Positions 1 to 8,097 of a DNA stretch of 64,000 bases are shown in pieces (the stretch's first letter is position 1; each line of letters opens with the position of its first letter). The position numbers were made by a program, and so were the translations under genes. Under the pieces are notes generated by a model. That model was not told where the DNA came from. It saw only the letters and a list, made by a program, of their open reading frames with translations, and did not search any database. The stretch comes from a virus. The DNA lies in IMG/VR virus record IMGVR_UViG_3300029374_000001, positions 196,161-260,160 of that record; one strand, 5' to 3'.

Positions 1-327
1 ATAGACAACCATAGCATCATAGTTAGTTTTAACTGGTCTGCCTTTATTGTCTGTGTATAAGAATGGCATATATAGTTTTTCCATTAGTGGTACATGAATG
101 GTGTCTAAAGCTTTAGTAATCTGATCCATCTTTGGTTCGATTTCAAATGTTCTCATTTGAAACTTCAATGGAAATTCTTGCTTAAAATACTCATAGAATT
201 GATCATTGGTCATGCCTTTGAATTTATTCATATACCAGGTTTTATTCTGTTCTGTGGGGTCTAAAATATCCATTACTTTATAGATTAAGAGTTCTACTTC
301 TTTACGTTGTTTGGATGTAATTGCCAT
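1..327 (-). CDS. Hypothetical protein. It is truncated by the window edge, with the N-terminal 109 aa present: MAITSKQRKEVELLIYKVMDILDP...
   Basis: An ATG at 327 on the minus strand is preceded by the SD GAGAGGTG. The frame stays open to the window start. This ORF is not in the ORF track because it is truncated. Confidence 0.5.
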   Translation of the reverse strand, partial: MAITSKQRKEVELLIYKVMDILDPTEQNKTWYMNKFKGMTNDQFYEYFKQEFPLKFQMRTFEIEPKMDQITKALDTIHVPLMEKLYMPFLYTDNKGRPVKTNYDAMVVY

Positions 328-508
328 ATTAGCACCTCTCAAGCCTTATATAACTATTATGAGTATGTTTTTATTCTAGATTTAGGTATGGAAAATATTG
401 AAAAATACAAAAAATAATACATATAATTAAAGAGAAAGCTCACAGGAGGCAAGCTTTCTCTTGGACATATAGCCGTAAGAGCCTTATCACAAGACTCTAA
501 AAGAATCA

Positions 509-682
509 TTACGATTCTAAGATGTAATCTTGTGTTTTCACAAGATTGTTGAGAAATGCTATTTTCATTTTGTAATAGCATTCTTTGTTCTGATCTGTTA
601 TCGGGATTGACTCCAGATCAGATAGTGCTTTTCTAAGAGTACTGATATACTCTTTAGCACTAATTGAATTATGCTTATTCAT
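509..682 (-). CDS. Small 57-aa protein (MNKHNSISAKEYISTLRKALSDLESIPITDQNKECYYKMKIAFLNNLVKTQDYILES). It is a paralogue of the small protein at 45591..45770.
   Basis: The SD GGAGGACTTGGATT lies upstream of the ATG at 682 and the stop TAA is at 509-511. The upstream promoter, 5'UTR and RBS are nearly identical to the copy at 45.8 kb. The two proteins align (HNSISA, KAL.DLE, NKE.Y, FL.NLVK.QD.I). The gene is missing from the ORF track because it is under 60 aa. Confidence 0.55.
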   Translation of the reverse strand: MNKHNSISAKEYISTLRKALSDLESIPITDQNKECYYKMKIAFLNNLVKTQDYILES

Positions 683-751
683 AATCCAAGTCCTCCTTTT
701 TATAGGGATAAGAGAATATAGTTCCAGCTATATTCTCTTTCATCTCTATAG

Positions 752-780
752 TATATAAATAAAAAGAACTTAGATTACAA
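752..780 (-). promoter_or_regulatory. Conserved sigma70-like promoter TTGTAA-N17-TATATA, copy a of 4.
   Basis: On the minus strand it reads TTGTAATCTAAGTTCTTTTTATTTATATA. The same 29-nt architecture with a T-rich spacer TCTAnnTTCTTTTTnnT occurs at 1241..1269, 5084..5112 and 45843..45871. Each copy lies between a palindromic terminator and an SD plus ATG. Confidence 0.55.
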
Positions 781-789
781 AAAATAAAC

Positions 790-810
790 ACTGGCTCATA
801 TGAGCCAGTG
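790..810. terminator. Perfect palindromic hairpin cactggctcATATGagccagtg followed by a T-run on the minus strand (bidirectional intrinsic terminator).
   Basis: It has 8-bp arms around a CATATG centre. On the minus strand it is followed by TTTATTTTTTGT. It sits between the 818..1171 gene and promoter copy a. Confidence 0.55.
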
Positions 811-817
811 TTCCAAT

Positions 818-1171
818 TTAACCATTCGCGTCTGTAGCATAATGTGCTATATAGACTCTATTCTTAGTAGAAGATCCTCCGACAAATCCGCGTACAGCAT
901 CTTTGATGATCTTCTCAACTTTGGCTTTTGTATCTTTACAATACTTGCCAACAGATTTATACGTCGTGTTGAGAATAACAGGATCATTCCATTCATCGAC
1001 TGGTATCGTCATGATTTTAATAGATACTCTTGATGGTTTCTCTTCATTGTAGCAGACTGAGGCCTGATATCTACCAATGAATTCGTCGTCGATGATCAGA
1101 TTGAATCTGTACATGTACTGAGTCAATCCGTTTGGGAAAACCGTCTCTGTGAATGGTCTCAAAATAATCAT
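818..1171 (-). CDS. Hypothetical protein, 117 aa.
   Basis: It is a long ORF with the SD AAAGGAGGACTATAATG and is driven by promoter copy b. Confidence 0.55.
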   Translation of the reverse strand: MIILRPFTETVFPNGLTQYMYRFNLIIDDEFIGRYQASVCYNEEKPSRVSIKIMTIPVDEWNDPVILNTTYKSVGKYCKDTKAKVEKIIKDAVRGFVGGSSTKNRVYIAHYATDANG

Positions 1172-1240
1172 TATAGTCCTCCTTTTGACTAAAACAATTT
1201 AAGAAGTATTTGTACATTATACTTCTTTCCATCTATATAA

Positions 1241-1269
1241 TATATAATCAAAAAAGAAATAGATTACAA
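1241..1269 (-). promoter_or_regulatory. Conserved promoter TTGTAA-N17-TATATA, copy b.
   Basis: On the minus strand it reads TTGTAATCTATTTCTTTTTTGATTATATA. It is immediately downstream of the hairpin at 1270..1286 and upstream of the 818..1171 gene. Confidence 0.55.
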
Positions 1270-1286
1270 AGAGCCATTATGGCTCT
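1270..1286. terminator. Palindromic hairpin agagccaTTATtggctct.
   Basis: It has a 7-bp stem and lies downstream of the DHH gene stop (1304). Confidence 0.4.
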
Positions 1287-1303
1287 TTGTAATTTTAAAT
1301 GAA

Positions 1304-2359
1304 TTATTGAATATACTTAAACAGTTCATCTATACTGCTCATAGAGAATCCTGCGGCATGAGGATGTCCTCCTCCACCCAGTTTTTCGCATAATTCATTT
1401 ACTTCTACTCTATTTTCAGCACTATACATGCTGACTTTTATATTTCCATACATATCCGGTCTATTGATCAGCATACAGAAATCGTACTTATTCAGATCGT
1501 CTCCAAATGCAATGGAATTGCCAAAACCGAACATATAGCACACACGATAGATATGACCATCAATATGGAAAAGGCCTTTTCTATGAAAAGCTGCAAATTT
1601 GACTTTGTATTTTTGTTGTTGTAATTCATATAGTTCTTCTCCGACTTGTAAAGCTTCTTGCAAAAAATCCCTATTATATAATAGTTTATCCATAATATTA
1701 GAATTTACAAATAAACTGCTAGATTCCCAGCAATAGGTATTCAAATAATCACAATTACGATAGTCGTTGATCTTACGATCCCAACGATCGTATTGGTCCA
1801 CTAGGTCAATGGTCTTGGGATTGACCACATCAGAAATCTTTTTATTCTTATTCTTATAGTGGACATCTTTAAATAGATTATAGATATTCATAGCTCCACA
1901 ACCCTTAACGTCAATATAAAATGCCAAATCGCCACGTTTCATAATATCTTCATCACTGTCTATGAGATCTTTAAGAATCCCAATAGACGTCATATGATGA
2001 TCGATAATCAGTATATTGCTGACTCTATGCAAAATATTCTTAATCTGGGATTCTGATAATGAAAGGTCAACGATGAATACTTCAGATCCTAACGGAATCT
2101 TATCAACCAAATCATATCCAGCTTGATAATTATATTCCACATAATGAATATCGATTTTTGGAGAATCAAATGTTTTCAATAATTCTCTAATCATTAGAGC
2201 AGAGAATATACCATCCATATCATTATGATGAACTATGGTTATATTGACGGATGAACATTCTTCTGATTGAATGTTGTCTACGATAGAATGTATGATTGTT
2301 GGTGTTTGCTTAGACGCAATTAATTCTTTCTCTTTATATTCTACCAATTCTTCATTCAT
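1304..2359 (-). CDS. DHH/DHHA1-family phosphoesterase, resembling the NrnA-like nanoRNase/pAp phosphatase or a cyclic-dinucleotide phosphodiesterase.
   Basis: It has the motifs IVHHNDMDGxxS (DHH motifs I/II), IIDHH (motif III) and GGGGHPHAAG (the DHHA1 GGGH motif). The likely true start is MNEELVEY at 2359, with the SD AAGGAGA six nt upstream; this is the internal Met 7 of the track ORF. Confidence 0.8.
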   Translation of the reverse strand: MNEELVEYKEKELIASKQTPTIIHSIVDNIQSEECSSVNITIVHHNDMDGIFSALMIRELLKTFDSPKIDIHYVEYNYQAGYDLVDKIPLGSEVFIVDLSLSESQIKNILHRVSNILIIDHHMTSIGILKDLIDSDEDIMKRGDLAFYIDVKGCGAMNIYNLFKDVHYKNKNKKISDVVNPKTIDLVDQYDRWDRKINDYRNCDYLNTYCWESSSLFVNSNIMDKLLYNRDFLQEALQVGEELYELQQQKYKVKFAAFHRKGLFHIDGHIYRVCYMFGFGNSIAFGDDLNKYDFCMLINRPDMYGNIKVSMYSAENRVEVNELCEKLGGGGHPHAAGFSMSSIDELFKYIQ

Positions 2360-2756
2360 CTTTATTCTCCTTATCACTCAGCTGTCTTTTCAATATACAA
2401 TCCAATGTCGAATAATGAAAATCAAAAAATGATAAAATCACAATCATACCTGCATTATTGAAAATAATAGATGCACTATCGGGTGTTAGTTGCCTAATAA
2501 ATCCTTCTTCGAACATCATTTTCATAGTTATATTCGCAGTATCTATCAAATATAAACATTTATCTACAAATTCTTCATATGTCAATGTCTTATTGATATT
2601 GGTAGGAAAAGTTTCTGATTCGATTATATTCAGATTTTTATAATATGTATATATATCTTTAATAGTAAATATTTCGTTATTTAAGTCAATGGAATCAGAG
2701 TTATACAATCCTTTAATCACTTTGAGTAAATATTCAGTATTATTATTTTCGCTCAT
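2352..2756 (-). CDS. Hypothetical protein, 134 aa, starting MSENNNTEY.
   Basis: The start at 2756 has the SD GGAGAGGA and follows the terminator hairpin at 2785..2808. The longer track ORF (to 2957) runs through that terminator, so the internal start is preferred. Confidence 0.5.
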   Translation of the reverse strand: MSENNNTEYLLKVIKGLYNSDSIDLNNEIFTIKDIYTYYKNLNIIESETFPTNINKTLTYEEFVDKCLYLIDTANITMKMMFEEGFIRQLTPDSASIIFNNAGMIVILSFFDFHYSTLDCILKRQLSDKENKDE

Positions 2757-2784
2757 ATTGTTATCCTCTCCAATATAAAAATAA

Positions 2785-2808
2785 AACAGGAGAGTTTGGT
2801 CTCCTGTT
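2785..2808. terminator. Hairpin aacaggagagtttggtctcctgtt followed by a T-run on the minus strand.
   Basis: It has a 9-bp stem and, on the minus strand, TTTTATTTTTAT after it. It is downstream of the 2815..3264 gene. Confidence 0.55.
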
Positions 2809-2814
2809 TTACAA

Positions 2815-3264
2815 TTACTTATACTTGTCTTCATACTTTTGTTCTGGATTAATATCGTGCATAAGCTCAGCAATGAATACTGCCAATATACTATTAGCTC
2901 CCAGCCGAGTAAAGATTGTAGATGTAACGGGGTTGCCAGTCTTTTTAGCATACCCATTATTGGTCATCTGTTCAAGCATCTTCTTATTCTTTTTGAGATA
3001 ATCTGTGAACAACTTCTGAAACTTTTCAAATGTGGATAGTTTCTCACCCAGTGTAGCATTCAATTCGGCACTCTGCTCTTTTACATCCCACTGATTGTAT
3101 ATGTTTCTGATAGTGAAAACATCATTATTCAGATTAACAATATATACTGGTTCATCACTATGAAGAACGTTTGCATGATGATTGCAACAACTGCCGCAAT
3201 GGCAGTTTCCTTCAATCTTATTGGTATGTAAGATTGTTCTTTGTCTTTTAATATATGGTCTCAT
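2815..3264 (-). CDS. Hypothetical protein with a Cys/His cluster (NCHCGSCCNHHANVLH), probably zinc-binding; 149 aa.
   Basis: It is an ORF with a CxCxxCCxHH cluster near the N-terminus. Confidence 0.5.
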   Translation of the reverse strand: MRPYIKRQRTILHTNKIEGNCHCGSCCNHHANVLHSDEPVYIVNLNNDVFTIRNIYNQWDVKEQSAELNATLGEKLSTFEKFQKLFTDYLKKNKKMLEQMTNNGYAKKTGNPVTSTIFTRLGANSILAVFIAELMHDINPEQKYEDKYK

Positions 3265-3941
3265 GTTCTATCACCTACTGCATCTTTCCATGGAGTATCA
3301 AAAAATCCATTAAATTCTTTATCATCCAAATCTCTAAATTCATAATACATTTTAACAGCAATATGATGAATACGTGAAGTTTCATCATTTAACGTAGAAT
3401 ATATATTCTGCTGCATAATGAACTTCAGCATATGGTAAATTGTATATAAGGTATTCACCATAATTGTACGATCTACCGTCTCATCAGTTAAAGAATACTT
3501 ATCCTCAACAATATCTTTCAATACAGATTCAAAGGATGGAGTTTCCTTAGATGTAAAGATTGTTCTCAGAGAAGCCAATGCTTTTTCTAGAATAGGATTA
3601 TCATCCAGATAGTGCCCATTCAAATACCATTCTGGAACAATATTAGCTAAGTATGCCTTAGAATATGCTGTATGCCAAATATAACGAGATAGCCGTTTAT
3701 TTGATACAGCAACAGAGTTTGATTGTATAACATTGATAACAAACTTCTCTTCTGTGTTTAATACAGGTCTATCCTTAACATTGTCTCTGATCATATATTC
3801 CAATATAGAAAATAGATAGGTCGGAGTAATAATACGCTCGATAAACTTATCCATATTTCCTTTTTGACAATACACAACACCATCTCTATTCGTTACAATC
3901 TCTTTTAATTCTCTCATCTTCTCTTCATTGAAGTCAATCAT
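3261..3941 (-). CDS. Hypothetical protein, 226 aa.
   Basis: It is an ORF whose start overlaps the upstream ParB-like gene by 4 nt, so the two are translationally coupled. Confidence 0.5.
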   Translation of the reverse strand: MIDFNEEKMRELKEIVTNRDGVVYCQKGNMDKFIERIITPTYLFSILEYMIRDNVKDRPVLNTEEKFVINVIQSNSVAVSNKRLSRYIWHTAYSKAYLANIVPEWYLNGHYLDDNPILEKALASLRTIFTSKETPSFESVLKDIVEDKYSLTDETVDRTIMVNTLYTIYHMLKFIMQQNIYSTLNDETSRIHHIAVKMYYEFRDLDDKEFNGFFDTPWKDAVGDRT

Positions 3942-4915
3942 TCTTCTGCTTCCTCCTTGGACTTAAATAATGTGGAATTCTTCACTTCTGCTAAAAGTAA
4001 AGAGAAATTGATCTTATTACGAAGTCCTTTGTTATATAGATTTCCAATAGACTCTACACATGTCTCAATATTAACGAATGGCATCATAAAGCTATGCTTT
4101 TCATTCAATACTTTATAGAGACGATCCTTATCGATATTTGGTACATGCATCAGAATCCAAATGATCCCAGAGAAAAATGCGGTCTTAGTTCCTTTACCAT
4201 TTATACCTCTATCATATTCGGACGATCTGGTCATATGCAAATAAGTATGAGTTTCTTCCAGAATATTCTTAGCATAGTTGTACTGTTCTTCAGAAACTGT
4301 ACAAGAGCCAGACTTAATACTACCCGTGGCACCATATCTGCTTTTATGATACAATCCCAATACTTGATAAATATTCTTAGCACCAAGATCCCAATATGTA
4401 TCAAAGAGCTTCTTAATACGAATATAATTTTCATCTCCAAGCTCTGCATATGATGCAATATAATCGTATGGTTTCCAATTAGACGTAATGACATTCATAG
4501 CAATGCAATCATCTACATCTAATCCTGGCTGAATAATATACTCTACCGGAAGATGAAGAGCTCGTAATGCTTGTAATCTACCCTGACCATCAATAACTTC
4601 CATGTTTTCATTAACAATCAGAGGGTTAGTAATATATCCATGCTGTACAATAGAACGAGTAATCTTTAATACGCGTTCCGACAATACAGCACGATTTCCA
4701 ACCAATACTTTGAAAATATTGTAATCTCTGGTGACATAAATCTTCTTTTCAGATTCTGTCATGGTCTTAACAATTTCTTTAGCCTTTTTAATACGTTTGG
4801 ACATATCGGCCATAGGTTTCTTCGGAATCTTATTTTGAGCTCTTAGTCCAATCAATACAGACTCCTTGATGTTTACATCTTCACTAAAACTTTCATTAAC
4901 TAATTCTTTTTCCAT
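3938..4915 (-). CDS. ParB/Srx-superfamily (DGQHR-like) domain protein, 325 aa.
   Basis: It has the motif NPLIVNENMEVIDGQGRLQALRAL, which matches the ParB N-terminal/DGQHR nuclease-like core. The SD is AAAGGAG. Confidence 0.55.
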   Translation of the reverse strand: MEKELVNESFSEDVNIKESVLIGLRAQNKIPKKPMADMSKRIKKAKEIVKTMTESEKKIYVTRDYNIFKVLVGNRAVLSERVLKITRSIVQHGYITNPLIVNENMEVIDGQGRLQALRALHLPVEYIIQPGLDVDDCIAMNVITSNWKPYDYIASYAELGDENYIRIKKLFDTYWDLGAKNIYQVLGLYHKSRYGATGSIKSGSCTVSEEQYNYAKNILEETHTYLHMTRSSEYDRGINGKGTKTAFFSGIIWILMHVPNIDKDRLYKVLNEKHSFMMPFVNIETCVESIGNLYNKGLRNKINFSLLLAEVKNSTLFKSKEEAEE

Positions 4916-4968
4916 TTTACATACTCCTTTGTTTTACTATGCATATTTGGAAATTTGAATATATAATA

Positions 4969-4987
4969 ACCTGGGTATATCCCAGGT
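4969..4987 (-). promoter_or_regulatory. Attenuator-like hairpin (acctgggTATATcccaggt) followed by a U-tract. It lies between a 10-codon uORF and the ParB-like gene.
   Basis: It has a 7-bp stem and, on the minus strand, a U-rich run after it. Its position is promoter copy c, then the uORF at 5006..5038, then this hairpin, then the gene RBS. Confidence 0.4.
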
Positions 4988-5005
4988 AAATAGGGATAAT
5001 CTTAA

Positions 5006-5038
5006 CTATCCGCTTTCATGATATTCCATTACATTCAT
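5006..5038 (-). CDS. Upstream micro-ORF MNVMEYHESG (10 aa), a candidate leader peptide.
   Basis: A strong SD (AAAGGAGGAAGTATT) precedes its ATG. It is located between promoter copy c and the attenuator-like hairpin. Confidence 0.3.
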   Translation of the reverse strand: MNVMEYHESG

Positions 5039-5083
5039 AATACTTCCTCCTTTTGAAAATATAATAACTTCTCAGATATATAA

Positions 5084-5112
5084 TATATAACTAAAAAAGA
5101 AATAGATCACAA
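5084..5112 (-). promoter_or_regulatory. Conserved promoter TTGTGA-N17-TATATA, copy c.
   Basis: On the minus strand it reads TTGTGATCTATTTCTTTTTTAGTTATATA. It is preceded by the hairpin at 5121..5144. Confidence 0.55.
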
Positions 5113-5120
5113 AAGATTCA

Positions 5121-5144
5121 GAGATGGTCTATATAGACCATCTC
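5121..5144. terminator. Palindromic hairpin gagatggtctATATagaccatctc.
   Basis: It has 10-bp arms and lies downstream of the topoisomerase gene stop (5153). Confidence 0.55.
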
Positions 5145-5152
5145 CTTTACTT

Positions 5153-7510
5153 TTATTCAATATCTTTTAATAATTCAGATTTGTCCGAATCAATTCTCCT
5201 GATTTCTTCGATTTCCTTGATGATATCGTTGGTTGTATATCGAATCAAAGTTCTATTGAATTCAGGATGTAGAGCGGATATTCCCAATTCAGGAGCATCC
5301 ATTTCACCCAACCCTTTAAAGCGTTGTAAACCTTTTGGTGTATATCTGTTGAATTCCTCCATCAGTTTATACAGACTTACTTTAACATCATTCAGAATAT
5401 ATCCATTAGGATCAGAATGCATAATGAATCGAGCAATTCGTTCATTACAGTCATTCAACATATTCTGATTGAATACGGCTGTTTGTACTTTATCGTTAGC
5501 TAGGCCATCTACTACTAAGATATGGTTCTCTTCTCTGACCTGTAAATACTTATACTGCTTCTTCAATTCTTTCTTGATAGAAGATATAGGTAATTGGTTC
5601 AGAATTAGACTATATAAGAATTCTAATAGGTTTGGCTCTATCGCATAGTTCTGAGACAGTACGTTCATATTGAAGAGATAATCGATATTATCATTCAATA
5701 GTTGTACAACCTTAGAAGTTGGTAAAACAGATCCTGTAGAACTCTTAATTACATTATGCTTAGCAAACTTAGTGTATACATAACGGATAAAGTCAGAACG
5801 ATCTGTAAAGAATTCTTTAGCTTCTCCATTAGGTCCTTTGATAGCAAACAATGGTGGTACTGCTGCATAAACTCTACCAGCTTCCACCAATGGTCTATAA
5901 TATACCAAGAACATTTTCAACAACAATGTTCTGATATGAAGCCCATCTACGTCAGCATCTCCGAGGAATATGATCTTATCAAATTTACATTTGGATACAT
6001 CACAACGTCTGCCTTCTCCACAATCTAGAAGAGTATATATTGCTTTACATTCTTCGTTATTAAAGAATTCCTTCTTAGAACGAGTCATTGCATTCGATAC
6101 TTTTCCTCGGAGTGGCATAATGCCCTGCTTTGTAGGATCACATGCTTCTCGGCATGGAGACATAGCTGAGTCACCTTCGACCAGAATAAGCTCTAAATTC
6201 TTCTTACCAGATGGCTTCTGATACTTGGATGGTAATCCAGTAAATACAGATACAGCTGTCTTAGTTAATTGGATCTTTTCGCTATTAGTTTTCATACGTA
6301 GATTGCCAACGTCTTTGAAATATTTACATAGACGTTGTAGATCATTTGCATTCGAACGACTCCATTCATCCAATCCTCTATCTACGAGGTCTTTAATAAA
6401 TGGTTTAATATCTTCATTCGATAATAATTCTTTTGCCTGACCAGCAAAGATCGGTTCCAGATGCATAACGGATACAACCGCTTTTAATCCGGCTCTGATA
6501 TCGCTGTTGATTGTCGTTATCTTAGATTTATTCCCAAGATAAATCTTGTTCATATAATTTCTAAAATAATTTGATAATGCATCGACAAAAGCTTGCGCAT
6601 GAGTACTACCTGCACTAATGGTAGGACACATATTGGCAAATGAATATACCGTGTCTTGTTCATCAAGACCGTTGGCATCATACGTGAAACTAATATCAGC
6701 CCTCATGGTTCCATTATCATCACTTAGATGAATTGGATTCATGACAGGCTTGAATTGACTATTCATAAGATAGGTATCAATCCCATACTCATTCACTCTA
6801 CGGATATTGATTTCTTTCCCATCTTTCTTCACTCCTTTGAAGTTAATAATAGCTCCAATTTTGAGTAAAGGCAGAATAATATCGATTAGACCCAATACTT
6901 CTTCACAAGTAACAGTAATCTTTCCCATGATTCTTTCTAATGGGGTGAAAGATACTTTGGTTCCTTGGAAGTTCTCCTTATTGGGATAAGGAGTTCCAGA
7001 TTTGTTTTCCGCAATTCCTTCATGGAAACTCATAGATAATCCCATAGGTTTTCCTGTAGAACTATATTGCTTACAAATTCTGGATAATACTATAAAATCT
7101 TCAGACAATGCATTGGTTACTTTAGCACCTACCCCATGTCTGCCCGAAGAATAATTTCCTGCTGTTTTTACATAGTTAGACGAAGTATGTTCTTCTGCAT
7201 AGATACGATGCATATCTTTAAACGGAATTCCTCGCCCATTATCTGTTACTACGAACTGATGATTATCTTCATAGAACTCTACCCATACTTCTGTACAAGG
7301 AGAGTCTATCTTTTGAAGTTCATCGGTTGCATTCTGTAATAATTCCCGACAGCAATTGATAAAACCTTTATTTCCAATACTGCCGATATACATACCAGGA
7401 GCTTGCTGAACTGCTTTAGCAAACTCTTTGATTGTTTTAATACTTTTAGAATATTCTTGAATGTTCTTCTTAAAGTCTGTCAATTCAATACTCCTTTCTC
7501 TCATTAACAA
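5153..7510 (-). CDS. Type IIA DNA topoisomerase ATPase/TOPRIM subunit (GyrB/ParE-like, comparable to T4 gp39), 785 aa.
   Basis: GHKL ATPase boxes are present: ELLQNATDE (N box), DNGRGIP (G1) and GRHGVGAKVTNALS (G2). The TOPRIM motif LILVEGDSA is also present. Confidence 0.9.
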   Translation of the reverse strand: MLMRERSIELTDFKKNIQEYSKSIKTIKEFAKAVQQAPGMYIGSIGNKGFINCCRELLQNATDELQKIDSPCTEVWVEFYEDNHQFVVTDNGRGIPFKDMHRIYAEEHTSSNYVKTAGNYSSGRHGVGAKVTNALSEDFIVLSRICKQYSSTGKPMGLSMSFHEGIAENKSGTPYPNKENFQGTKVSFTPLERIMGKITVTCEEVLGLIDIILPLLKIGAIINFKGVKKDGKEINIRRVNEYGIDTYLMNSQFKPVMNPIHLSDDNGTMRADISFTYDANGLDEQDTVYSFANMCPTISAGSTHAQAFVDALSNYFRNYMNKIYLGNKSKITTINSDIRAGLKAVVSVMHLEPIFAGQAKELLSNEDIKPFIKDLVDRGLDEWSRSNANDLQRLCKYFKDVGNLRMKTNSEKIQLTKTAVSVFTGLPSKYQKPSGKKNLELILVEGDSAMSPCREACDPTKQGIMPLRGKVSNAMTRSKKEFFNNEECKAIYTLLDCGEGRRCDVSKCKFDKIIFLGDADVDGLHIRTLLLKMFLVYYRPLVEAGRVYAAVPPLFAIKGPNGEAKEFFTDRSDFIRYVYTKFAKHNVIKSSTGSVLPTSKVVQLLNDNIDYLFNMNVLSQNYAIEPNLLEFLYSLILNQLPISSIKKELKKQYKYLQVREENHILVVDGLANDKVQTAVFNQNMLNDCNERIARFIMHSDPNGYILNDVKVSLYKLMEEFNRYTPKGLQRFKGLGEMDAPELGISALHPEFNRTLIRYTTNDIIKEIEEIRRIDSDKSELLKDIE

Positions 7511-7544
7511 TTTCTTATTAACAAGTTTCTAGTATCGTAGACTT

Positions 7545-7976
7545 TTAGTTAGCATGTTTTAATCGTTCTTTGATTTCTTCCTCAGACATATTTTCTCCCA
7601 GATCATTATCGAACATAGAAGCAAAATCATTTTTGTGTTCTCGAACTTCTTTAAGTTTTGCTTCCATATCTTCCATAAAATCTGCTGGCAATGGTTGACC
7701 ATCGGGCGTAGCGTCAATACCAGCTACGACAGTCTTAGTCGCCCTATGCACAATATCAAATCCTCCTATACGTCCACATAGATCTTTATGCATAATCAGA
7801 AGCATACTTGGATTTTTTATTGATGCATTGGCAATATCATCAGGTATAAATACATTGACAAATTCTGCTATCATTTTAATTAGAGTTTCTTTATCGGCAC
7901 AAGTCGCTATATCTAGATGAACAATTTCACCATTATCATCACAGATATCATCTTTCTTTGACTTATCGTCATCCAT
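7545..7976 (-). CDS. Hypothetical acidic protein, 143 aa.
   Basis: ORF only. Confidence 0.5.
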   Translation of the reverse strand: MDDDKSKKDDICDDNGEIVHLDIATCADKETLIKMIAEFVNVFIPDDIANASIKNPSMLLIMHKDLCGRIGGFDIVHRATKTVVAGIDATPDGQPLPADFMEDMEAKLKEVREHKNDFASMFDNDLGENMSEEEIKERLKHAN

Positions 7977-8097
7977 ATCGTTTACTCCTTTTTAAAAATT
8001 AATGAATCAAAGTCAAGGAAGAGCAGATTAGACTGCTCTTCCCATTCTTCGATTTGTGTATTTATAGTTGTGTATATTTAGAGGAAATTAATTAGAC

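Noticed and set aside
357-581. 74-aa minus-strand ORF from the track.
   Set aside because: It overlaps the better-supported 57-aa small gene at 509..682 (which has a strong SD and a paralogue with a conserved upstream region) in a different frame. It has no SD of its own.
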